Shown piece after piece: positions 1 through 10,173 of a stretch of DNA of 64,000 nt; position 1 is the first letter of the stretch; each line of letters opens with the position of its first letter. Under the pieces are notes generated by a model. That model did not search any database, was not told the DNA's origin, and was given only the letters and a program-made list of their open reading frames with translations. Source of the DNA: Podarcis melisellensis (Eukaryota); assembly GCA_964234715.1 (NCBI GenBank), contig OZ174282.1; one strand, 5' to 3'. Position numbers and translations under genes: made by a program.

Positions 1-141
1 ATGCCATTAGGAAAGATGGTTCTTTTGGAATATAGCCTAGTGGTTGAGATAACCATCAGCCACTGTGATTGTCTGTGGGGTGGCCTAGGAGCCTAGAAGC
101 CAGCTGTTCTCAGATTTATAAAGCTATAATTTCCCTTTAAG

Positions 142-323
142 GCAATATCCGTGTGTTTGGTCGTGTTCGGCCAGTATGTAAAGAGGATGGCGATGGGCCA
201 GAAGCTGCCAGTGCGGTGACATTTGACCCTGATGATGATGCCATCTTGCATCTGATGCATAGAGGGAAGCTGGTATCATTTGAACTTGACAAGGTTTTCC
301 CTCCTGAAGCAACACAGGAAGAT
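142..323 (+). CDS. KIFC3: KIFC3 coding exon (motor domain start)
   Basis: aag|GC AAT ATC CGT ... GAA GAT|gtaagt; [11 protein letters not shown]...PPEATQED. Confidence 0.93.
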
Positions 324-3300
324 GTAAGTATAGTCACGGTGTTCTCCTGTTAAGTTAGCAAGAATGTCTGCTGGGTGAGAGAAGGAGGAACGTAGCTCAA
401 AGGGAAACGTCTCATTTGTTGAGTTACTTAACTAGGTAGGAATGTGTTTACCAGCAGGCAAATTAGACATGTTGCTGTTGCTGCAGTGTCTCATCTTCCT
501 CCTTTACTCTATATGTAAAGAGATTGTGATTCATTTAGTTTGGACTTAGTAGTCTCATGGATATGTATGAGCCTGGTGGCAGCAGAGCAAAGTACTCTGC
601 CAATGGCTTACGTAAACTTTGTTTTTTAAAGGTCTTCCGGGAAGTTCAAGCCCTGATCACATCCTGCATTGATGGTTACAATGTTTGCATTTTCGCCTAT
701 GGCCAGACAGGTGCCGGCAAGACATACACAATGGAGGTGAGCTGCTTTTCAGTTCCTTTTTAAACGATTTGCTGATTCTGCAGTTTCCATAGCCCTGTTG
801 TGGGGTTGTTCAGCTAGTGCTAAATGCCTATCTATTTGGGGGGTGGGGACTGAATATAAAGCCCATATAACATGTCTGCGAGTGTGTTTCCAAGTTCAGT
901 TCAAGGTGGTGGCTCTCACCTTTTAAAGGTATCCTTGGGCCCACATATCTTGGGGAGCATCTTTTCCCTTATGAACGTCCCCAGTTATTCACACCAACCC
1001 AGGAGGTCTTGCCCCATGGGATATTCATTTGGCAAGTCCCTAAAATGTGGCCCTGCAGCTGCTCAATGCTCTTCCAAAGGTTTTTCAGGCTGCATCGTTG
1101 TGCAGTTTTAGGTTACAAAAAAACTCACTCCTTCCTGCTCTTACTCATTATAGGGGTGGAGTATACAGGAAAGGGTTACCTCTTCTTTTAGAAGGCAGTG
1201 TCAAAACTAGGAGTCAATAAATCTGGTTACCTGTGGTCAACTGGAAAAGGAGGGAACCTTCTCACCAGTCTTGATTCCTCCTTCACTGGATGAGTAGGGT
1301 TAATCCTTTGCTCCCACTTGCTCTGCCTCAAGGGGTAGGAGTGGTCCAATTTCCTTTCATTCTTTTGAAAACACCAGTTGCTATTTAGGCTTTCTGGCTG
1401 CTGTTTGGGGCAGACTGTGTTGTATAGTGTTTCCATGTTGGCTGAGGGGGATTTGTGGTATAGAGTTCAAAATACTACCTTTTAGCCTTTATAAGGTTTT
1501 ATTGTTTTTGCATTTTTACAGAAAAACTGTGTGTCCCCCCGCTGCTGGGGATGGCAGGGAGATGGATAGAGGGAAGGGAAATTGATGACTGCACTGCAGA
1601 GTGAGTCAGTGATGGTGTGCTGGACGGCCTGGCATGAGCGTGTGTGTGTGCGTGTGTGTGCGCGCACACACACACACACTCTTTCTGGTGTTCCTTTCTT
1701 CTTATGTAATGTTAATTCATTGAAGGAACATGATGTCCCTTCCATTTTCCTCACCAGGGAACTCCCGAAAACCCAGGAATCAACCAGCGGGCACTGCAGC
1801 TTCTCTTCTCAGAAGTGCAGGCAAAAGCCTCCGACTGGAACTACCAGATCACTGTCAGTGTGGCTGAGATCTACAACGAAGCCCTCAGGTAACCACAGGA
1901 TGCCAAATACTTCTCAGTATTTGGGTTTTGAATGTCCCAGTAAACAATTTCAGTGGCAGTGGTGGAACAGCTTGTGCTTTCTGCAGGAGAAGCGACCCCG
2001 CCCCATATAACAAGGGAATGCTTCATGAAAGTCCAACCTTCTGGCTCCAGTGGTGTTGATGGATGTGCCGATAGGCAGTTTTAATATTCCTATTCAGATG
2101 CTCTGGAAACTAGCTCTGGTGTTGAAGCAAGTTTCAGAACTGAGCCCCGAGACAGAATTAGCTCTTGCAGTGGCAACTCTGTTCATCTGTTTTCAGAATT
2201 TAGTTCCTCTTGGGTAGCTGCACTCTTAGCCAAGGCAGTTCATTGTAACTCTTTAGAATTTGTTCAGCTAAAAAATTTCCTTTGACTGAGGAATACTTGT
2301 TCCATGGTTCTTCCCTCCTTCCCTCCATTAGCTGTTCTCTGCCTCTGTTCAAAGCACTTGGAATGGTGTTGGTATTGGACACTCTTAGGTTGAAGAACAC
2401 TGTCCTCCTGCAATTTGTAACTTGGGAAGGAAGAATCAGCTCTTTAGCTAAGGAACCTGATCCTGCTGCAAGAGAACCAATGTGGGGGTTTTCTTTTAGC
2501 AATCAAATATTGGGTGCCTTATTTGTTACTGTTTCTTCGGCAACTGTCTCTCACCTACAGCACCCCTAACCCATCTTTCTATGCTGGAAAAGTGTCCTTT
2601 TGGAGCACATAGCCTTACAAAGATTTTACTTGCCTCTCTCTTTCAGAGACCTGCTTGGAAAGGAGCCACAGGAGAAGTTGGACATCAAACTGTGCCCGGA
2701 TGGTAGTGGACAGCTCTATGTGCCAGGCCTGACAGAGTTCCCTGTGCACTGTGTAGAAGACATCAACCAGGTTAGAAAACGGGCAAGGCGGCTTCACTTT
2801 AAATAGCAAGTCAACCACCCCCCCAGTCTAGGTCCAGGCGAGGGAAGTTCAGAAAGGCTCACTTCTGTAAATGAGATTTACAGGAAGAATAAATGAAGAA
2901 TTTTAATGAGTATTTTATGACACAAGTACCAGAAACTGCTTTGATTTATAGGATAGGATTATATAAAAATGTGATGTGGGCAGTATTGTGTGCGTTGCAC
3001 TGTGAAGCTGAGTTTACTGTGCAGCCTGCATCTTTTTTCCTGTTTCTTGGGCTTTGAGTTTTCAGCTGTTTTCATGTGTAACAAATCTTAAGGACTTCCA
3101 CTGACTATGTGGTGCCAGGGAAGTTCTGCAAAGGCACTCTCTGCTGCTCAGGCATCCTGCTGCCCTCTGAATGGGCACCAAGTGCCTGGGATGATGGTCA
3201 GAGAGGGAGGCCTATGTGAGAACTGGCTGCTGAAGACAGGTGTGGCTTGACCATCTCTCTCTCTCTCTGTGCACTTATTCTAGGTCTTTGAATTTGGTCA

Positions 3301-6300
3301 TATCAACCGAGTGACTGAAAGCACCTACTTGAACGAGCACAGCTCCCGATCTCATGCCCTCCTGATTATCACAGTGAGGGGAATTGATTACAGCACAGGA
3401 ATACGAACCACAGGTTGGTAGAAATTTACTCCTAGTTGTTGTCAACCATGAAGGAAACATGGTCTCCTAACCTAGGTTGTAAGTGAATCACATAGGAAAC
3501 AGATATGACAATTAATTTTGTAGATGATAGCCAAATGACAATGTAGCTCAGGCCGGTTGATACTTGAGACAAGGTCCAGGAGAGGTCCATGCAGTGAGCC
3601 ACCAGGTTTAATTGAGCAGAATAAATTGTAAGAAACATTACTGGGCATCACTTTGGCTGGTAGCCAGGGATAGTTCCTTTGCATTGTGTTTGCCACCGTT
3701 GTGGACAAACCAGTAACTGAACCCTTGGGTTCTCGACCACCAGTTTCTACATACAGTCAAGCTCTTTGGTTTCTTGGTGATCTTAGAAGGGTGCTTGATC
3801 ATCGATGGCTCTGGCTGTTGTTTGCCAAGACCCAAAGTCTTGTTGAATACTAATAGCTCAGTCCTAAACATATTTATTAGCAAGTAAGTATGCTCAGGAT
3901 TGTAGTTCAAGTGTGCCTGACTTCTTTCCTCCTAGGGAAGCTGAATTTGGTCGATCTGGCAGGATCTGAGCGTGTGGGGAGGTCTGGTGCAGAGGGGAGC
4001 AGGCTGCGTGAGGCCCAGTACATCAACAAATCACTCTCAGCGTTGGGAGATGTGATCTATGCCCTGCGTTCCCGCCAGGGCCATGTGCCATTCCGCAACT
4101 CCAAGCTGACCTACCTGCTTCAAGACTCTCTCAGTGGTGACAGCAAGACCCTCATGATGGTCCAGGTGGGTGCTTCCATAAGAGCCATAATGGAGGGGGG
4201 GGGGCTTTCAAGTGACACATAATGAATTGCATATTCAGTGTATTTGGTGCAGTGTGATGCGCCTACTTCTCCTTGAGAGCTATGTCATTCCTGGATGTTT
4301 TCTTTTGCTATATTTTTTTATTTATTTTCAATAATATCTGGATACGGAATAATAAAAACGTATTGAGCAGTCCAGATGCTTGTTATTTTAAAGTTAGTAA
4401 CGGTTATTACAAATGATTGACAAATGCAATACATCAAGTAACAATAGAACAAATAACTATTTCCAGCCCCCACCACAAATAAAATTCTTTGTTAGCAATC
4501 TACACACAGTGTATCATATCGTATCGTATTGTCCAGAATAACACTTTAGCAAAAAGGCCGCTCCTGTTTTGACTGCCATGTGCAGTTGTGCATGCAACAA
4601 CTGGTGTAAGTTCCCTGCCTGCACTGTTTGGATATTTAAAAAATGTTTTGTGTGCTTGGCTGTGTAATCTCAGCCCTGGAGCATTCCCCACCCCCGCCTA
4701 AGAAAAAAAGAAAAACCCAGCATAACCCAAAGTTGCAAAGGGCAGCAAGACTCCTTCTGTTTCTCTCCCTGCTTTCCATCTCATGCACCTTTGGGGAAAG
4801 GGGACAAACAGCATAGATCTATAAGCGGGAGGCATCAGCAGGAGTTCACCACTTCTCCCTCGGTTCTTTCAGCTTTAAATATGGATAATCATGAATGTTC
4901 CCTTTTCCCTCCCTGGTCAGGTCTCTCCTGTGGAGAAAAATACAAGTGAGACACTCTGTTCCCTTAAGTTTGCTGAGAGGGTTCGCTCTGTTGAACTGGG
5001 CTGTGGCTCTCGGAGGACAGAATTGGGCTCCTGGACCAGTCAGGAGCACTTAGAGGTAACTGGCCCTCATTGGTTTCATCCTGCTTTCTTATGCAGGAGT
5101 GTATCATTGGGCTTATTCTTGCTTCATACTTTGCCTACAGGGAAGTGCTTTTGGTATAATCTGGACACCAGGCAGGTGCTGGTTGGGTGATCTAGTGTAA
5201 ATAATAACCTACAAGGCCTTTTTCACTTCAGATTTCATATTTCTTAGGTAAACAGAAATAGATATGAGGGGAAATCAGCCAAAACAAATGTATCATGATG
5301 TAGTATATAATACTTTTAGTTTGATAAGTTTGCTGTATTCTCTTATGACTTTGTATGTCATATTGAGGGCCGGCCCACCCATGAGACAAGGTGAGACAAC
5401 TGCATCAGGCAGTAGGATCCACAGGGGCAAACCCCAATGCTGATCTTCCTTACCCCCTTGTTCCTGATGTAGATCTTCCCTGGTGGCATTTGGGGTCTAC
5501 CTCAGGTGCCAAAATGTCTTGGGTGGGCCCTGGTTATATAGGCTTAACACCAAATCGGTTATTGTGTATGTTACTGCACCAATTTTGGTGTTTTACAGCT
5601 TCTATTTTGGAAATGTGATATTGGTTGTACGTAATGCTAAAATCATTCTCATATAAAAATAAAACCACAAACCTCCACAAAGTTAACATAAAATGTTGCA
5701 AACTCCTGTGGCGGCTCTTCTAGGCAGACTCATCATCAGTCACAGCACAGCCCTGCATCCGAAGTCAGTCTTCTCCTCGGACTCGGCGAGCGAGTTCACT
5801 CCGGGCAAGACTCCAGACGTCAGGTAAGACTTGCATAGAAGCCGGCTCTTCCTTTTGCTCCTCAGGGCACTCTGACTCTCCCAGAGATTCTGAGACACAG
5901 TGATGCTCTCTGGGTTTTCATGTAGAGGTGAGCTGAATTCCACAACTGGTGCCTCTGGACACTCAGAGTGTGTGTGCATGTGCATTTGCCAAACTATTGC
6001 AAAACTATTTTGAAGATGAGGCCTGCAACAGGGCAAGCCCTCTCCTCACTGCTGCTGTGTAATCATCCAGGGGTAGGAGGGAGGAAGAAGCAGCATAATA
6101 GAGGTATCAGGAAGGGTGAAGTAACCAGGAGGCTGATGTCTCATTTACCATAAGATGTCAAGGCACACAAATAGGCCTTGAAACATCCCTCAAGGAAGCA
6201 GATCAGACAACCCTCCTGTTCCAGCCACCCCTCCATTCTGTATATACTGTAGGTAGGGGTGGCAGTAGAGAGTGGGATTGATTTGGACCAGGATGGATGC

Positions 6301-7312
6301 TGGGTGCTTAGAAAATCTTCTGGCTGCTCATGTTCATGAGTAGTGGCTTTCTGCTCTTCCCGGGGCAAATCAGGTCACAATGGCAGGGGAGGGATGGGTG
6401 CATAGAACATCAAGTGTATTCCAGGAGAAGCACAGAGTGTAGGGAGCCCTCTATACAACATTCATCTCCATGCACCTTTGCTTTGAGATCAGCTATCCTC
6501 ATTTACAATTAGAACAGAGATAGTCCTTTTGCCTCCAGCCTCAAATCCATCATTTGCCAGGCACACTCCATGTTCATAAACTTTTCTAGGAAGTTCAAGG
6601 ATTAGAATTGCTCTTGTTGGATCAAATCGAAGGTTCCAGCAGCCATGCTGGACAGCCAGATGCTGTGAGTAAACTCATCAAGACATGATGGTGTCACCCA
6701 GCACCAAGCAGCTAATTGTTCATTAATGCAGTACACGCCCAGCTGCTTTTCCTCTTAATTTATAAATGTGGGGATGCAAAACAAACCTGTTGTCCCATTT
6801 GATTTCAGCCTGGAATTAAGAGAAGCTCTGTCTGCCTCCAGGTGAGTGTGGACAGGTGCTGGGTGCTGGAGACTAAGCTGCTTGGCAAGGTGAAGGGCTA
6901 TGCTTTGGCCAGGGAGGCAGGGAATGGGCACAACCTCTCCTGCTTTCTTGGGGGTCAGGGCTTGTAGTTGATGGCATTTTCACATCTTCAGAATCTGGGA
7001 AGTGGCACTGGACCTTGAGAACTTAAGTTTCCACCTTTATTTTACTTTTTAAAGCATGTTTTGATTGCTTGTAACCATGGAGGTGTATTACGAAACCTCT
7101 AGCATTCTAGGGATGGAGCCTCAGGGCATTGTATGATAACTCTTCTTTGATCTAATTGTATACTGTACTTAAAGTGCCTGCATAACTGCCTGCTCCTTCA
7201 TAGATTCCTTTTCTGCTTCAGATCTCCAAATCTGTCGCCAGAGGTGGCTTTCTGACCTACCCCTGACCAGCTTCTCTTTTCTGTTGCTTTAGGAAAGTGC
7301 TTCATATTCTGA
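142..7312 (+). CDS. KIFC3: Kinesin-like protein KIFC3 (kinesin-14), 3' part of gene; join(142..323,632..736,1758..1888,2647..2770,3284..3413,3936..4165,4921..5055,5724..5823,7293..7312), with an alternative stop exon at 6809..6841
   Basis: The spliced exons encode a C-terminal kinesin motor: [12 protein letters not shown]-loop [35 protein letters not shown] and [13 protein letters not shown]. All junctions are GT-AG with consistent phases. The gene is adjacent and convergent to KATNB1, as in mammals. The 5' exons lie outside the window. Confidence 0.95.
632..736 (+). CDS. KIFC3: KIFC3 coding exon (P-loop)
   Basis: aag|GTC TTC ... ATG GAG|gtgagc; [35 protein letters not shown]. Confidence 0.95.
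1638..1679. repeat. (TG)n-GCGC-(CA)n inverted dinucleotide repeat
   Basis: 42 bp of strictly alternating purine-pyrimidine sequence, largely self-complementary. Confidence 0.9.
1758..1888 (+). CDS. KIFC3: KIFC3 coding exon
   Basis: cag|GGA ACT CCC ... CTC AG|gtaacc; [17 protein letters not shown]...AEIYNEALR. Confidence 0.93.
2647..2770 (+). CDS. KIFC3: KIFC3 coding exon
   Basis: cag|A GAC CTG ... AAC CAG|gttaga; [31 protein letters not shown]. Confidence 0.93.
3284..3413 (+). CDS. KIFC3: KIFC3 coding exon (switch I)
   Basis: tag|GTC TTT GAA ... ACA G|gttggt; contains [11 protein letters not shown]. Confidence 0.93.
3936..4165 (+). CDS. KIFC3: KIFC3 coding exon (switch II)
   Basis: tag|GG AAG CTG ... 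GTC CAG|gtgggt; [12 protein letters not shown]...DSKTLMMVQ. Confidence 0.95.
4921..5055 (+). CDS. KIFC3: KIFC3 coding exon (end of motor domain)
   Basis: cag|GTC TCT CCT ... TTA GAG|gtaact; [27 protein letters not shown]. Confidence 0.93.
5724..5823 (+). CDS. KIFC3: KIFC3 coding exon (C-terminal tail)
   Basis: tag|GCA GAC TCA ... TCA G|gtaaga; [33 protein letters not shown] is open in the expected phase and resembles the Ser/Arg-rich KIFC3 tail. Confidence 0.8.
6809..6841 (+). CDS. KIFC3: KIFC3 alternative 33-nt micro-exon containing a stop codon (A-W-N-stop)
   Basis: tttgatttcag|CC TGG AAT TAA ... CCAG|gtgagt; strong acceptor and donor; stop at 6817-6819. Confidence 0.65.
7293..7312 (+). 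CDS. KIFC3: KIFC3 terminal exon, coding part (G-K-C-F-I-F-stop), followed by 3' UTR
   Basis: Long pyrimidine tract cttctcttttctgttgctttag|GA AAG ... TGA; begins G-K like the mammalian last exon. Confidence 0.6.
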
Positions 7313-8043
7313 AACTCTTCCTGTGCAAGAATCAGTAATGCAGTAAACATAACTTGAAGGATCATTTGCCATTAGATTATAGAACACAATTTGTAAATTC
7401 TTTTAGTTTTGTATTTTTAAAACTTTATTAGCATGACATTCTGCACAGAGGTTTTGGCTAGAGCCTGGCCAGCTGCCACTCATGGGTGACCTGTTATGCA
7501 TGTAGCAAAGAGATGGTTGGCACTCACTGTGGATGCAGTGTAGGAATAGAAAGCAAAGTGCCCTAATATTTTCCCTTGGTTTTTTGTTGTTGTTTTTAGG
7601 GAAACTGAGGCCAATTCCTGTGTGAAGCAGCTGATTTGAGGAACATGCTTTTTTAAAAGGAGTTTCAGAAACCATGAATACTTTTTAAAGAGACTACTCA
7701 TCTTCCTGCCCACCTCAGAGGCTAATAGACACTGATTTGGGAGACACAAAGAAAGGGAAGCCACAGCAAAAAGAAGGGTGGTGCCATCTGCCAGCCCTTG
7801 AATTGCGAAGGGTCTCTCCATCAGACACACTCCCATCCTGAGAGAAGGTGACATGCCAGCCCCCTGTTGTACCTCATCCGTTGCTGGCAATGGATGGACT
7901 TGGGCTTGGATGCAACTGGACTTCAGGAGATGGTTCATCTGCCTATTTGACATGAGGTGAATTTTACTATATTTTTAAAGGGAGAATGGAGGTCCTAGAC
8001 CCATTCCCATCCTTTTGGCCCTCTGCATTGATTTTTTTAATTT

Positions 8044-8049
8044 AATAAA
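8044..8049 (+). terminator. Probable KIFC3 polyadenylation signal AATAAA
   Basis: AATAAA about 730 nt after the stop codon, followed by GT/T-rich downstream sequence (tgtgtttctgcttttt). Confidence 0.6.
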
Positions 8050-9435
8050 CTCTTTGCACCAAGATGTGGCTTCCAAGCACCATGTGTTTCTGCTTTTTAT
8101 AAAACGAACAACTCAGCGGTCTTCCTTGTAGCAGAAAAGCAATAGTGGAAGCAAAATTCAGCGGGACTAGGGCAGAGCTTAACCTGCAACACTAGTACTC
8201 ACTTCACACAATGAGTAGTTGGCTGGGCCAGAGCAGCTATGAGAATAGCTGGGACTAAAGGCATTTTCTCTGAATTTCATCTTTCCTCCCGCATACTCCA
8301 GGTTATTAGAAGTCCTCTAATGAGCTCCACAGAAGGGATCATTGTCCCTGTAACATACAGAATTACTTATTTGCTCCTATTTGTTTTTATTATTGTATTT
8401 AAGGATATATCTGTTTATTTTCAGTCCATGTCACTTTTGTCTATGTTCCTTCTGTTTTCTCTCATTTTTCTATGTGTATTTTTTTAGAAGTCTCAAGTAT
8501 GCATTTCTCTGCAAATTTAATTGTTATGAGGTGATCTATGGCCTGCCTTTTTTTAAAAAAGAAAAAAACACACCTTAGGTCTCCAAGGATCCCACCCATG
8601 ATGTATACCAAGTGAATTCACTCTGGAATATATACATCAAATTCCTTGAGTATCCCTAGTTTTCTCACTTTCAAATAATAAACTACTCCAAATGTAAGCT
8701 CACACCACCCATCAATTCAATACAGTGCTAGGGCCGAGCACTTTATAGAATTAAATGAAATGCAGACATGCCATCAAGCGTATAAAATGAATTAGACAAA
8801 ACACACAAAGGCAATCATGTAGGGAGATCAGACTAAAATGGCAAGTTGTAAACTGGCATTTACTAAGGGTGTTCACGAGCCAAAAGATTCAATTTGGATA
8901 TGTATCTGTTGCTTTGTTCATCAGCCCAATCTGTTCTGAGTCAATCTGTGGTCTATCTGATGCTACTTAATTCAGATTCAAATAATATTTAACAAAGCTG
9001 TTTCCTCCCTTCTGCTTTCATAAACAGCTATAACATTTTCCTTTTGACACAAGTGGATAAAATTTGCCTCTGGGGTGGATTTAGTCTACAAATTGGACTT
9101 AACTTTGTCATTAGCGGACATCCAACACTAGAGGGCATTCACCCCCTCCGTACTTGACTCCACAAACAGGAGAAAAACCTCTGGGTATGTCTCTGGGCTG
9201 CTGGGGTAAACAGAGCTGGAGCTACCCGCTTCCTCTCTGCTTTTTCCTAGGTCACTTTGGGGGCCAAGGGTCACTTTCATTTTAAAGAAGAAAAGGGGAT
9301 AATATATAAAGTAAAGCATTGTAAGACTTTCCTTTTGTGGGAGTTAGAATATGAATCTGTGACCTAAACAAAATTATGAGCTATGGAAGGGGAAAGACAC
9401 AGAACTACTGTTTTTCAAAATAAAGTTACAAACGT

Positions 9436-9441
9436 TTTAAT
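9436..9441 (-). terminator. Probable KATNB1 polyadenylation signal ATTAAA
   Basis: tttaat on the + strand, about 600 nt past the KATNB1 stop, with T-rich sequence downstream on the - strand. Confidence 0.45.
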
Positions 9442-10040
9442 GAAATTCATCATAACTTATCAGTTTATGAACAGCAGACTGCAGCGTATTAACAAGAGAT
9501 GAAGGGGAAAGAGCAGGCCATTCCTCAGTATTGAGCCTTTCCACCATGGAACAAAACAAGAGAGGGCAGCAGTGTGGGGCTCAACTCCTCCAGCCCAAGA
9601 AACTAAGCTGCACAGGCAGGTGGTCCCATCCCACCCACTCCTGCCTCTAGTCCAACCACAGTGAGGATGGAAAAGAAGCAGGGCTGGGCTCATCACTAGG
9701 GAGTTGGTCCCAAGCACTGTTGGTTGCCAGGGTCTAGAGATGCTGTCCATGGTTGGATTCTAACACAGCATTCCCATTTGCTGCCGCGCGCCCCCGCCCA
9801 AGGCAGCTATGTACACAGAAAGGCAGGGGGTCTGTGCCACAGCAGGACAGTCCAGTTTGCAATGTAGCCTGTAAGGCACTGAACATGGAGCACCCAACCC
9901 ATCAGCCCCCTCCCTTACCTCCTGGAGAACTGTGGAGAGATGGACACCAAACAAAACTACCCGAAGTGGCTGGAGTGAGAGGCCATGGAGGGAAGACGAG
10001 CCTCAGGCGGTATGTGTGGATGATGAAGGGCACCACCCCA

Positions 10041-10173
10041 TCACTCAAGGACAGCCATCAGGAGGTGCAGCTCACGGAAGGCACTGCCATGGCGGCCACT
10101 GAGTCCAGATTTGTTCTTGATGATGTTGCTGATGTTTTTCAGCTGCTTGTAGCACAGGCGGCATTTGTGAAGC
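10041..10173 (-). CDS. KATNB1: KATNB1 last coding exon
   Basis: [43 protein letters not shown]. Confidence 0.93.

Noticed and set aside
7480-7953. 157-aa minus-strand ORF
   Set aside because: It is antisense to the KIFC3 3' UTR, with no recognisable domain or supporting splice structure.
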